Assembly: GCA_947460575.1 (NCBI GenBank)
Contig: CANHIJ010000001.1
Coordinates: 15,176-79,175 of the forward strand
DNA from: Verrucomicrobiales bacterium
GTDB lineage: Bacteria; Verrucomicrobiota; Verrucomicrobiia; Verrucomicrobiales; V1-33
Reading direction: 5' to 3'
Length of the DNA: 64,000 nucleotides
Shown here piece by piece: positions 1-9,042 of this stretch (within the stretch, counting starts at the first letter, position 1; each line of letters starts with the position of its first letter). Under the pieces are notes generated by a model. The model was not told the origin of the DNA, did not search any database, and was given only the letters and a program-made list of their open reading frames with translations. Both the position numbers and the translations under genes were made by a program.

Positions 1-1
1 T

Positions 2-3000
2 TTGAAAAAGGGGGACCACATTGCCATCGTCGGCAGTGGATTGGCCGACCGCCAACAGCACCACGGCTGGTTGGAAGCGCTCATCCACCGCGCCTATCCG
101 GATCTCGACCTCACGGTGCGCAATCTCGGATTTGCCACGGACGAAATCAACCGCCACCCTCGTTCGGATGAGGTTCCCTCCACGGAATACTTTTTGAATA
201 TGGTGAAGGGCGACACCGCCACCAAAGTGGGCAACACGGACGTCGTGTACAAAGCGGGCGCGGATTTCCACGCCACGGTGGTGCTCGCCTATTGGGGTTT
301 TAACGAGTCCTTCGCGGGACTCGCTGGGGTGGAGGCTTTCCGCAAGAATCTCGAGGAGTACGTCAAAAAAACCCTGGCGGCAGACTACGGTTCGGGGACC
401 CCGCGGATGGTCCTGTTTTCGCCGATTGCCCACGAGAATCTCAAGAGCCCCAACTTCCCAGATGGCTCGGTCAACAACCAGAATCTCCAGCTTTACACCA
501 CGATCATGGCCGAGGTCGCCAAGGCCAACGGCGTGCCCTTCGTCGACTTGTATCACGCCTCCTTGGATCTCTATGGCAAGGCGGTGGCTCCCCTAACAAT
601 CAATGGGATCCACCTCAACGAGGGCGGGGACAAGGCCCTCGCGCCCGTGCAATTCGCGGCGCTCTTCGGCAAGGAGGCGGGGCCGATGGCCGACCCCAAA
701 CTAGATAAAATCCAGGCTGCAGTGCTGGAGAAGAACGTCCAGTGGCACCACCGCTATCGCACCGTCGACCAATTCAACATTTACGGTCAGCGCTCCCGCA
801 TCAAGTACGAGGGGGTCGACAACGCCACGATCCTCGGGCAGGAGATGGCGCAGCGCGACGTCAAGACCGCCAACCGCGACCGCGCGGTGTGGGCCGCCGC
901 CCGCGGCCAGGACTACCAAGTTAAAGACGACAACCTTCCCAAGGTCGACCTCACCCCGCCCAATTTGAAACAGGAAGTCCCCTACCTGAGCGGGGAAGCC
1001 GCCTTGGCGCACCTCACGACTCCCGAGGGCTGCAAGGTCGACTTCATGGCCTCCGAAGTGGAGTTCCCCGAGCTAATCAACCCCGTGCAGATGAACTTCG
1101 ACACCAAGGGCCGCCTCTGGGTGGCGGTGTGGCCGTCGTATCCGGAAACGTCCCCCACCACGACTAACTTTGACAAGTTGGTCTACTTTGATCTCGATCC
1201 CAAGACGGGCAAGCCCATCAAGTGCACCACCTTCCTCGACGGGTTGAACTGCCCGACTGGGTTCCAGTTCTACAAGGACGGGGTCATCGTGATGCAGTCG
1301 CCCGACCTATGGTTCGTGCGCGACACCGATGGGGATGGCAAAGGCGACAGCAAGGAGCGCCTGCTGCACGGCTTGGACGCGGCCGACTCCCACCACGAGA
1401 CGAATTCGATCTGCTACGAGCCGGGCGGGGCGCTCTATTTGAGCGATGGGGTTTTTCACCGCACCAATGTGGAGACCTATCAAGGTCCCGTGCACAACAC
1501 TGACGGGGCGATTTACCGCTTTGAGCCAGGAACGAGCAAGTTCATGCGGCACGCGCCCTACGGGTTTGCCAATCCTCATGGACGGGTCTTCGATTACTGG
1601 GGTAACGATCTCATCACCGATGCCACCGGCAACAATACCTACTTCGGGCCCGGCTTCTCTGGCCACCTGGACAGCGGGGCGCATTCCGGCTACCAGGAGT
1701 TTTGGAAGCGCCCATCCCGCCCCTGCGCCGGGACCGCGCTGCTGACGAGTCGCCATTTCCCAGATGACTGGCAGGGAACCTTCCTCAATGCTAACGTCAT
1801 TGGCTACCAGGGCATCTTCCGCGCCAAGATCTCGGAAGACGGCGCCGGTTTGAAGGGAGAGACTCTAGAGCCTGGGATTGTGCAGGCCGACGTTTCCAAA
1901 AATCCCAACTTCCGTCCCTCTGGGATCACGGTGGCTCCGGATGGCTCGCTGTATTTTATGGACTGGTCGCAGATGCTGATCGGGCACTTGCAGCACCACC
2001 TGCGCGACCCCAACCGCGACCACCAACACGGTCGCCTCTATCGCATTACCTATCCTTCGCGCCCCCTCATGGTGCCGAAGTTGATCGACGGGCAGCCGAT
2101 CGCGGCACTGTTGGATCTATTGAAGGAACCGGAAAACGACGTCCGCCAGCGGGCCAAGATCGAACTCAGCAAGCACGCCGCCAGCGATGTCATCCCGGCG
2201 GTGCAGGCCTGGGCGAAACAGTTTGACCCCAATGCGGCGGGCGACGCCCACCACCTCATGGAAGCCCTCTGGGTGCACCAGTGGAACAACGTGGTCAACC
2301 TTGAGCTAATCAACGTCCTGCTCAAATCCCCCGTGCCTCAGGCCCGGGCTCAAGCACTTCGGGTGGTTTGTTATCAGCGCGACCGCGTTCCAGGGGCCCT
2401 CGACTTAGCGAAGTCGGCCATGTCGGATGCCGCCCCCCGCGTCAAGCTGGAGGCCCTCCGCATGCTGAGCTTCTTCCGCGGCGGCGACACCCTGCGGGCC
2501 ATCGAAGCGGCCAACTTGGCCCGCGACGAGAAGGACTACTATCTCAACTACTGTTACAAAGAAACCCTGCGCCAGTTGGGATCTCTGCCTGAAGGTAAAG
2601 ACGTCGTCGGCAACGATGCCGCCCTCCAGGCCGCGCTCCAGCCCAAGGCGGAAACCGCCTATGGACCGACCGCGGCTAACCTGTCCAAGGCCGACCTCCA
2701 GGTCTACGAACTCGGCCGCAAGGTGTTTGCCCGCGATGCCCACTGCATCACCTGCCACCAAGCGGACGGAAACGGACTTCCCAACATTTACCCACCACTT
2801 GGCAAAAGCGAGTGGGTCGAGGGAGATGCGGAGCGCTTCATCAAAGTGGTGCTCAAGGGGCTCTATGGTCCGATGACCTTGCACGGCAAGGAGTATGGGC
2901 CATCGAAGGGAACTCCGCCGATGACAGCCTTTGGTGGCTTGCTCAACGATGAAGAGGTGGCGGCGGTGGTGTCGTATGTACGGCAGTCCTATGGGAACAA

Positions 3001-3115
3001 TTCGCCCGTGGTCAGCCCGGCGCAGGTGAAGTCGGTGCGCGATGCCATCAAGGATCGCCAGCAGTTCTACATGGTGGATGAGATCCTCAAGGAGCATCCG
3101 ATCGCTAAGCCATGA
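2..3115 (+). CDS. PVC-type heme-binding / membrane-bound-dehydrogenase-domain protein (SGNH-hydrolase-like N-module, beta-propeller, HEAT-like repeats, C-terminal cytochrome c); 5' end probably cut by the window edge
   Basis: The ORF is open to the window edge and no signal peptide is seen. The N-module is SGNH/GDSL-like ('HIAIVGSGLADR', 'INGIHLNEGG'). Propeller-like motifs include 'KGRLWVAVWPSYPE' and 'DGSLYFMDWSQ'. 'ENDVRQRAKIELSKH' looks HEAT-like. The C-terminus has the heme motif 'CITCHQADGNG' and 'EEVAAVVSYVRQSYGN'. The architecture matches what I recall for TIGR02604/TIGR02603 (Pirellula/Verrucomicrobium type). Confidence 0.8.
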   Translation: MKKGDHIAIVGSGLADRQQHHGWLEALIHRAYPDLDLTVRNLGFATDEINRHPRSDEVPSTEYFLNMVKGDTATKVGNTDVVYKAGADFHATVVLAYWGFNESFAGLAGVEAFRKNLEEYVKKTLAADYGSGTPRMVLFSPIAHENLKSPNFPDGSVNNQNLQLYTTIMAEVAKANGVPFVDLYHASLDLYGKAVAPLTINGIHLNEGGDKALAPVQFAALFGKEAGPMADPKLDKIQAAVLEKNVQWHHRYRTVDQFNIYGQRSRIKYEGVDNATILGQEMAQRDVKTANRDRAVWAAARGQDYQVKDDNLPKVDLTPPNLKQEVPYLSGEAALAHLTTPEGCKVDFMASEVEFPELINPVQMNFDTKGRLWVAVWPSYPETSPTTTNFDKLVYFDLDPKTGKPIKCTTFLDGLNCPTGFQFYKDGVIVMQSPDLWFVRDTDGDGKGDSKERLLHGLDAADSHHETNSICYEPGGALYLSDGVFHRTNVETYQGPVHNTDGAIYRFEPGTSKFMRHAPYGFANPHGRVFDYWGNDLITDATGNNTYFGPGFSGHLDSGAHSGYQEFWKRPSRPCAGTALLTSRHFPDDWQGTFLNANVIGYQGIFRAKISEDGAGLKGETLEPGIVQADVSKNPNFRPSGITVAPDGSLYFMDWSQMLIGHLQHHLRDPNRDHQHGRLYRITYPSRPLMVPKLIDGQPIAALLDLLKEPENDVRQRAKIELSKHAASDVIPAVQAWAKQFDPNAAGDAHHLMEALWVHQWNNVVNLELINVLLKSPVPQARAQALRVVCYQRDRVPGALDLAKSAMSDAAPRVKLEALRMLSFFRGGDTLRAIEAANLARDEKDYYLNYCYKETLRQLGSLPEGKDVVGNDAALQAALQPKAETAYGPTAANLSKADLQVYELGRKVFARDAHCITCHQADGNGLPNIYPPLGKSEWVEGDAERFIKVVLKGLYGPMTLHGKEYGPSKGTPPMTAFGGLLNDEEVAAVVSYVRQSYGNNSPVVSPAQVKSVRDAIKDRQQFYMVDEILKEHPIAKP

Positions 3116-3155
3116 TCTGGTCTTCTGCCGCTCCAAGCTAAATCCACTTAATCCT

Positions 3156-4166
3156 ATGAAATTGCTTTGTTGTTTCGCCTTTGCCGCCCTCTGGGCCGGT
3201 TCCGCCCTTGCTGACCCGCATGTATCTTATGCGGCGACAACTGGCCCTGGCCAGGGCAAGCACATCGTCTTCATTTCTGGGGACGAGGAATACCGCAGCG
3301 AGGAAGGCCTGCCGATGCTGGCCAAGATTCTGAGCCAGCGGCACGGGTTCAAGTGCACGGTGTTGTTCTCGCTGGCCGCCGATGGAACCATCGACCCCAA
3401 CAACCAGCAATCGCTCAGTTCCCCAGAGCAGCTGGACAGCGCGGACGCGGTGGTCATCCTGACCCGTTTTCGCCAGTGGCCGGAGCCAGCCCTCAAGCAC
3501 TTCGTGGACGCGGTGAACCGGGGAATTCCCCTGATTGGCCTGCGCACCGCCACCCACGCCTTGAGCGGGGCGGCCCAAAAGCCCTTTGGGGATTTTGGCA
3601 AAAAGGTCATGGGAGAGAATTGGGTTAGCCACTGGGGCAAGCACATGGAAGAGGCCACCAAGGGCATCGTGGAGCCGGGGGCGGCCGGGGAGGCCATCCT
3701 CAACGGCGTGCAGGACGTCTTTGGCTTAACCGATGTCTATGAGGCTCACCCTCCCGCCGACGCCAAGATCCTCTTGCGCGGGCAGTCCCTGGCGGGCCTC
3801 AAGCCAAATTCTCCCCCGGCGTCCTATTCCAAAAATGGGCAGGGCATCAACGATCCGATGATGCCGATCGCCTGGACTCGCACTTACTCTAACAGTGCGG
3901 GCAAGACCAATCAGGTCTTGTGCACCACCATGGGCGACGCCACGGACCTCGAGAGCGAGGGCCTGCGCCGCTTGATCGTCAACGGGGTCTATCAGGGCCT
4001 TGGCATGAAGGTCCCGGCCAAGGCCGACGTCAGCTATGTCGATCCCTATGAGCCGGGGTTTTACTCGGGCGGCGGCTTCCGCAAGGGCATGCGCCCCGAG
4101 GATCTCGCTTTGGGCAAGCGCATGCCTGGAAAGCCTTGTCCCAAGCCCGCTGGGGCGCTGCCCTGA
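3156..4166 (+). CDS. ThuA-like (class I glutamine-amidotransferase-like fold) secreted protein
   Basis: The ATG at 3156 gives the signal peptide 'MKLLCCFAFAALWAGSALA'. 'HIVFISGDEEYRSEEGLPMLAKIL' and 'ADAVVILTRFRQWPE' are typical of ThuA-domain proteins that accompany PVC dehydrogenase fusions. The ORF-track start at 3042 overlaps the upstream gene and was trimmed. Confidence 0.7.
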   Translation: MKLLCCFAFAALWAGSALADPHVSYAATTGPGQGKHIVFISGDEEYRSEEGLPMLAKILSQRHGFKCTVLFSLAADGTIDPNNQQSLSSPEQLDSADAVVILTRFRQWPEPALKHFVDAVNRGIPLIGLRTATHALSGAAQKPFGDFGKKVMGENWVSHWGKHMEEATKGIVEPGAAGEAILNGVQDVFGLTDVYEAHPPADAKILLRGQSLAGLKPNSPPASYSKNGQGINDPMMPIAWTRTYSNSAGKTNQVLCTTMGDATDLESEGLRRLIVNGVYQGLGMKVPAKADVSYVDPYEPGFYSGGGFRKGMRPEDLALGKRMPGKPCPKPAGALP

Positions 4167-4180
4167 GCGCATCAGCCAAA

Positions 4181-4247
4181 GCCCCCCGGACTTGGATGGG
4201 AGAGCGCCTGCGGGCGGTCTTCGGCCCGAGCCGGGGGGCCTTTTTTT
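4181..4247 (+). terminator. possible rho-independent terminator
   Basis: 'gccccccgg' (4181-4189) can pair with 'ccggggggc' (4231-4239) and is followed by a T7 run (4241-4247). The loop is long, so this is weak. Confidence 0.35.
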
Positions 4248-4377
4248 CCGCATTTTGCTTTTAAGATCGCCGCCGCTGGCGCCCGGGAGGTGGGGCTGCG
4301 GTTCTGTTCTTATTCTGCGTTGGCAATCCCCGGTTGGGGAGGCCATGCTATCCTCCCCCTGACCGCGAAGTCCCCCT

Positions 4378-5502
4378 ATGAGCCCTGCTGTTATCCCCAC
4401 TGAATTTAACGAAGAGATCAACGCCCGCATCCTGGCGATATCTGAAGATTTGATTGCTGGCTTTGCGCGGCAGCCATTTCATTTGATTGCGGAGAAGTCA
4501 GGGCTGCCCTTGGAGACCGTCTTGGAGCGCATCCGGGCCATGTTGCAAGCCGGGGTGATCCGCCGCGTGCGGCAGACCCTCTTGGCCACCAAGTTGGCCC
4601 ACGGAGCGCTGGTGGCTTGGAAAGTGGACAACGACAAGTTGGACGCCACCTTCGACTGGATGTTCCGCGAGGATCCCTTTAGCGGGCACGTCGTCACCCG
4701 CAGCACCGACCGCGAGGTTTCCGGCTCGGACTACCGGCTGTGGACCACCTTGAAGGTGCCGCAGGGCCACTCGCTGGAAGAGCACGCCGACGTCTTGAAG
4801 CGCCTCACCGGAGCCCACGAGTACATCCTCATGCCCGCCAACGGCATTTTTGCCCTGGGGGTTGGGCACGTCCGGCGCAAATCCCTGGAGCCGGGCGACC
4901 GCAGCCCGGAGCCCGCGGAAATGATGACCACCACCACCGTGGAGCTTACCCCCGAGGAATGGGATGTATTGTTAGCGCTGAAGGAGGAACTCCGCGCCGA
5001 CGAAGTCTGCGAAAATCCCTGGGTGGGCCGGGCGGCCCTAGCGGGAGTGAGCGAGGAACGGTTTTACGAAGTCGCCGAGGCCCTCAATGCCAAGAAAGTG
5101 ATTGGGCGGTTTTCCACCTTTCTGGAGCACGTCAAGCCCTCGGCGACGGGCGAGCGGGTGACGCGCTTCAACGGGTTATTTCACTGGGCGGTGCCGGAGG
5201 GTCGGCAAGCGGAGGCGGGGGCGGAGGCGGGGCGGCACTACTGTCTGACGCACTGCTACTGGCGGGAGGGTGGGCCGCGCTTTGGCAATGTGAACATCAT
5301 GGCGGTGATCCACGGGACCGAAAAGCCCCGGGTGATGGAGCACAAGGCCGCCATCGATGCCAACCTGGCCGCAGCCGGGATTCCGGTGACATACACCAAT
5401 GTCTTTTGGGGCGGCCGCAGCGAGATCAAGCCTAGCGAAATTTCTCCCAAAGTGTATCAAGCCTTCCATGACAAGTGGCGCGACCGCGGCGCGGTCCTCT
5501 GA
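4378..5502 (+). CDS. fused Lrp/AsnC-like siroheme decarboxylase family protein (AhbA/AhbB, NirD/L/G/H-like), two tandem modules
   Basis: Two tandem repeats of the family pattern are present. Module 1 is 'FARQPFHLIAEKSGLPLETVLERIRAMLQAGVIRRVRQTL...GALVAWKV...SGHVVTRS...YRLWTTLKV'. Module 2 is 'VSEERFYEVAEALNAKKVIGRFSTFL...THCYWRE...NIMAVIHG'. This fits the RPF..IA / G.IRR / LVA / VSHNY.R / LWFTL pattern as I remember it. Confidence 0.55.
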   Translation: MSPAVIPTEFNEEINARILAISEDLIAGFARQPFHLIAEKSGLPLETVLERIRAMLQAGVIRRVRQTLLATKLAHGALVAWKVDNDKLDATFDWMFREDPFSGHVVTRSTDREVSGSDYRLWTTLKVPQGHSLEEHADVLKRLTGAHEYILMPANGIFALGVGHVRRKSLEPGDRSPEPAEMMTTTTVELTPEEWDVLLALKEELRADEVCENPWVGRAALAGVSEERFYEVAEALNAKKVIGRFSTFLEHVKPSATGERVTRFNGLFHWAVPEGRQAEAGAEAGRHYCLTHCYWREGGPRFGNVNIMAVIHGTEKPRVMEHKAAIDANLAAAGIPVTYTNVFWGGRSEIKPSEISPKVYQAFHDKWRDRGAVL

Positions 5503-5543
5503 GATGGAGGCGCCGGGAAGCCTTTCGTCTAACGAGCCTTTCT

Positions 5544-5578
5544 GGCCTGCGGGGAGCACCTTCCCGCAGGCCATTTTA
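5544..5578 (+). terminator. hairpin between convergent genes (putative terminator)
   Basis: A 10-bp perfect stem 'ggcctgcggg' (5544-5553) / 'cccgcaggcc' (5563-5572) is followed by 'atttta'. The T-tract is weak. Confidence 0.4.
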
Positions 5579-5579
5579 G

Positions 5580-6344
5580 TTAGAAATTGGTGTCGGCCGC
5601 GGTGATTTCGAGGGGTTTGATCCAGGTGTTGCGGTAGCGCACATCGTGGCCTTCGCACTGGAGCTTGAGGCCTCCGGGGGTATCGCTGATGCCTTTGCCG
5701 CCGTCGTTGCCGCCGTCCATGCCAGAGTTAGGGCCGCCGAAGACCTGGCTAATGGCTTGGTTGGTGTGGATTTTCTTGCCGTTGAAGTAGATCGTGACCA
5801 GGGGTTTTTCGCTGAGTTTGCCGTCTTTGAAGCGGGCGGCGCGGAAGGTGATGTCGTAGGCATTCCAATTTCCGGTGCCGTTGTAGGCATCGAAGGGGGC
5901 GGCGGCTTCGTTGATGACTGCGGCCATGCCGTGAGAGCCTTTGTCGCCGTCGAGGACTTGGATTTCGAAGCGGTTTTGCAGATAAACGCCGCTGTTGCCG
6001 CCGGGCTTGAGGCAATTGAATTCGACGTGGAGGCGGAAATCGCGGTAGGCTTTTTTGGTGACGATGTCGGCGGCGCCGTACTTGCCGCCGTCGGCGGCGC
6101 GGTCGTCGGTCATGAGGGCGGTGGCTTTAGGGTCCGCGGGGTCGGGGACGATTTTCCACTTGATGGGCATGGCGGACTTAAATCCGGGGCCTTCCCAGTA
6201 CTGCCACTTGGTGTCGAGGGTTTGCTGGGTGCCGTCGATGACGAGGTCGGCTCCGGCGATCGGTTTGGAGCCGAGGCCGATGGATTGGCCTTGGGCCTGG
6301 GCGGCGAAGCCTAGCAGGAATGCGAGGAGGGATGTTTTGATCAT
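5580..6344 (-). CDS. DUF1080 (3-keto-disaccharide hydrolase family) secreted protein
   Basis: It has the signal peptide 'MIKTSLLAFLLGFAAQAQG'. Motifs 'WKIVPDP', 'YRDFRLHVEF', 'NSGVYLQNRFEIQVLD' and 'LKLQCEGHDVRYRNTWIKPL' are typical of DUF1080. Confidence 0.85.
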   Translation of the reverse strand: MIKTSLLAFLLGFAAQAQGQSIGLGSKPIAGADLVIDGTQQTLDTKWQYWEGPGFKSAMPIKWKIVPDPADPKATALMTDDRAADGGKYGAADIVTKKAYRDFRLHVEFNCLKPGGNSGVYLQNRFEIQVLDGDKGSHGMAAVINEAAAPFDAYNGTGNWNAYDITFRAARFKDGKLSEKPLVTIYFNGKKIHTNQAISQVFGGPNSGMDGGNDGGKGISDTPGGLKLQCEGHDVRYRNTWIKPLEITAADTNF

Positions 6345-6401
6345 GGTGGGGGTATAAACGCGGCGCGGGCCCGGGGTTTGCCAGATTCTTGGCGCGGGGG
6401 A

Positions 6402-6713
6402 TCAGCCTTGGCCGAGCTTTTGGCCGAGGGCTTTGAGATAGTCGTAGCCGTAGAGCCCGGTCTTGTGGCCATCACTGAAGGCGAAGGCCACCGCGTAGCC
6501 GCCCACGATTTGCCAGGCGGTGGCGCGCACTCCGGGAAAGTGGGTGCGCTCGTCGCCGCCATATTTTTGTCCGAGGAGGTCGCGTTCCCCAGCGGTTTCG
6601 GCGCTTGGGGACCAGGCGCGGAGGCGCTCCATGGGGAAATAATTTTCGCTGCCGTCGCTCCAGGAGATGGCGATTTCGTCGCCGATGGCTTGGATGTCAG
6701 TGGGGGAGAGCAT
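6402..6713 (-). CDS. DUF971 family protein (gamma-butyrobetaine hydroxylase-like N-terminal domain)
   Basis: This is a 103-aa product from the ATG at 6713: 'MLSPTDIQAIGDEIAISWSDGSENYFPMERLRAWSPSAE...YAVAFAFSDGHKTGLYGYDYL'. The upstream in-frame 142 aa of the track ORF are R/P/Q-rich junk and were trimmed. Confidence 0.7.
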   Translation of the reverse strand: MLSPTDIQAIGDEIAISWSDGSENYFPMERLRAWSPSAETAGERDLLGQKYGGDERTHFPGVRATAWQIVGGYAVAFAFSDGHKTGLYGYDYLKALGQKLGQG

Positions 6714-6760
6714 GGTCCGCAATGGGGCGGGATCGGGCCGAGGGCAAAGGCAAAGCTGGA

Positions 6761-7693
6761 CTAGTCGATGGTGACTTTGAGGTCTGGGATGGACTTGGCG
6801 AATTTGGCGGCCTCGGCAGGGGAGACGCGGGTTTTCCAGAGATAGACCTGGCGGAGCTTGCGGAGGGGGGCCAGACCGGGGAGGGCGGCGTCGCTGACGT
6901 TGGTGCTGTGCAGGTTGAGATAGGACAAGTTGAGCAGGGTCTGCAATGGGGCGATGCCGGCGTCGCTGACGGCGGTGTTGTTGAGGTTGAGCCAAGTGAG
7001 GCGGGGGAATTTGGCGACCGTGGCGAGGGCGGCGTCGGTGATCTTGGTGTCGCTGAGGTCGAGTTCTGCGAGGCTGCCGGCGAGGGGGGCGAGCAGGGCG
7101 ATCTGCTGGTCGGTGATGGCGCTGGCGCCGGAGACCCACTCGACGCGGAGGAGGGGGCTGCCGACGGCCACCGGACTCACCAGGGCGCCGAGTTGGCGGA
7201 CGGCTTCCTTGGCGGCCTCGGGGGCGGCGGTGGCGCCGGCGCTGAGGGGGTCGGCGGCTTTGGGCGCGGCCTTGGGGGCGGCGGCGGCGGGAGCGTCGCC
7301 GAGGCCCTTCCAGTCGCCGAAGGAGGCGCCCTCAATGATCCACTGTTTGAGGAGTTCGCTGTCGTCGAAGCTGAAGAGCTTGCCTTTGCCTTTGGGGGGC
7401 ATGACGTCTTCGTGGTCTGGGGGCAGGAGGATGCGCTGATAGAGAGAGCTTTTATCGGGGTCGCCGGGGACTACGGCGTCGCCTTCGGAGCCGCCCTTGA
7501 GGATGAGGGCGGCGCCGTCCAGGCGGAGGCGGCCCTTGGGCTCCACTAATTTCCCGCTGGGGTCCTTGTGGGGGGCGCGGTGGCAGTCGACGCAGTTTTT
7601 GGCCAGGAGGGGCCAGAGTTGGGTGCGAAAATTGACCGCGGCATCGGCGGGAAGGGTCGCTAGGGGGAGCAGCCAGAGCAGGGCGAGCTTCAT
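6761..7693 (-). CDS. secreted Planctomycete-cytochrome-c (PSCyt1) domain protein with C-terminal leucine-rich repeats
   Basis: It has a signal peptide and the heme motif 'CVDCHRAPHKD' with 'DVMPPKGKGKL...LLKQWIIEGA'. These are followed by LRRs ('LAELDLSDTKITDAAL', 'LTWLNLNNTAVSDAGI', 'LSYLNLHSTNVSDAAL'). Confidence 0.8.
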   Translation of the reverse strand: MKLALLWLLPLATLPADAAVNFRTQLWPLLAKNCVDCHRAPHKDPSGKLVEPKGRLRLDGAALILKGGSEGDAVVPGDPDKSSLYQRILLPPDHEDVMPPKGKGKLFSFDDSELLKQWIIEGASFGDWKGLGDAPAAAAPKAAPKAADPLSAGATAAPEAAKEAVRQLGALVSPVAVGSPLLRVEWVSGASAITDQQIALLAPLAGSLAELDLSDTKITDAALATVAKFPRLTWLNLNNTAVSDAGIAPLQTLLNLSYLNLHSTNVSDAALPGLAPLRKLRQVYLWKTRVSPAEAAKFAKSIPDLKVTID

Positions 7694-7707
7694 ACTGGGG
7701 AGGGGCC

Positions 7708-9003
7708 TCAGGCGAAGAGGGTGGTGACGGGCTTGCCCTTGTCGGCAATGGTGAAGGGGCGGCCGCTCGGGGAGATGATGACCTGATCGACGGGGAGGCC
7801 CAGGGCGTGGGCGATGGTGGCGTTGAGGTCCTGGGGGGTGGTGAGGTTTTCGATTACCTTGCCGCCGGTGGGGTCGGTTTTGCCGTAAGTTTGGCCGCCG
7901 AGGACGCCGCCGCCCCCGAGGACGCAGGAAAAGGCCTTGGGGTAGTGGTCGCGGCCGTCCTGGTGTTCCGCGACGATTTCTGGGGTGCGGCCGAATTCGG
8001 TGGCGACCACGACGAGGGTTTCCTGGAGGAGGCCGCGGCGGTTGAGGTCGCGGAGGAGGGCGCTGAGGCCGTCGTCGAGGTCTTTGCAGCGGGCGGGCAC
8101 GGCGGTAAAATTGTCGTAGTGGGTATCCCAGCCGCCGTGGGTGACTTGGATGAAGCGGACGCCGTGTTCAACGAGGCGGCGGGCAAGGAGGCAGCCCTGA
8201 GCGAAGCGGCTGGGGCCGTAGGTGTCTTTGACTTCGGTGGGTTCCTTGCTGAGGTCGAAGGCCTTGAGGTCTTCGCAGCGCATGATGCGGAGGGCGTCGC
8301 TGTAGAGGCCTTCGTGATCGCGGATGGCGGGGCTGTTGACGACGGTGTGGAATTGTTTGTTGAGGGAGTCGGCTAGGCTGAGGCGCTTGGTGAAGTCGGC
8401 TTCGCTGATAGAGCTGGGCAGGGTGCTGTCTTGGAGGCCGGCGTTGGGATCGCCGATGGGGACGCCGGCGCATTTGGCGCCCATGTAGCCGCCGTTGACG
8501 AGGTTGGGGTCGCCGCTGACCGAGACGAAGCCGGGGATGTTGGAGTTTCGCTTGCCGGCGAGGCGCATGACCCAAGAGCCGAGGGCGGGGTGGACGATGG
8601 TGCCGCGCATATCGTAGCTGCGCTGCATGAGGTACTGGCCTTGTTCGTGGGCTCCTTGGTTGGTGCTCATCCCGTTCATGAGGACGAGGTGCTGCATCTG
8701 GAGGGCGGTTTTGGGCAGGTTGGCGGAGAGCTTGATGCCGGGGACGCTGGTGTCGATGACCTTGGTGTCGCCCATGACCTTGTCGTTCTCGGGCTTGACG
8801 TCCCAGGTGTCGAGGTGGCTCATGCCTCCGGACATCATGAGAAAGATGACGCTTTTGGCGGCCCGGGGGCGGCTGGGGGCGAAATCGGCGGCGGTGGCCA
8901 CCGATGAACCGATCATGGGGGCCAGGGTGATGCCGAAGGCGGACTGCGCCATCTTGATCATCAATTCGCGGCGGGTGAATTCGTCAGCGCGGTGGAAGGG
9001 CAT
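7708..9003 (-). CDS. DUF1501 domain protein (sulfatase/alkaline-phosphatase-like fold), Tat-type signal
   Basis: The N-terminus 'RRELMIKMAQSAFGITLAP' looks Tat-like. Motifs 'FLMMSGGMSHLDTWD', 'GGWDTHYDNF', 'VVVATEFGRTP' and 'GRDHYPKAFS' are DUF1501 hallmarks. Confidence 0.9.
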   Translation of the reverse strand: MPFHRADEFTRRELMIKMAQSAFGITLAPMIGSSVATAADFAPSRPRAAKSVIFLMMSGGMSHLDTWDVKPENDKVMGDTKVIDTSVPGIKLSANLPKTALQMQHLVLMNGMSTNQGAHEQGQYLMQRSYDMRGTIVHPALGSWVMRLAGKRNSNIPGFVSVSGDPNLVNGGYMGAKCAGVPIGDPNAGLQDSTLPSSISEADFTKRLSLADSLNKQFHTVVNSPAIRDHEGLYSDALRIMRCEDLKAFDLSKEPTEVKDTYGPSRFAQGCLLARRLVEHGVRFIQVTHGGWDTHYDNFTAVPARCKDLDDGLSALLRDLNRRGLLQETLVVVATEFGRTPEIVAEHQDGRDHYPKAFSCVLGGGGVLGGQTYGKTDPTGGKVIENLTTPQDLNATIAHALGLPVDQVIISPSGRPFTIADKGKPVTTLFA

Positions 9004-9042
9004 GGGAGGAGAGGGGTGGGGAGGGGAGGGCGCGCTGGGCCG

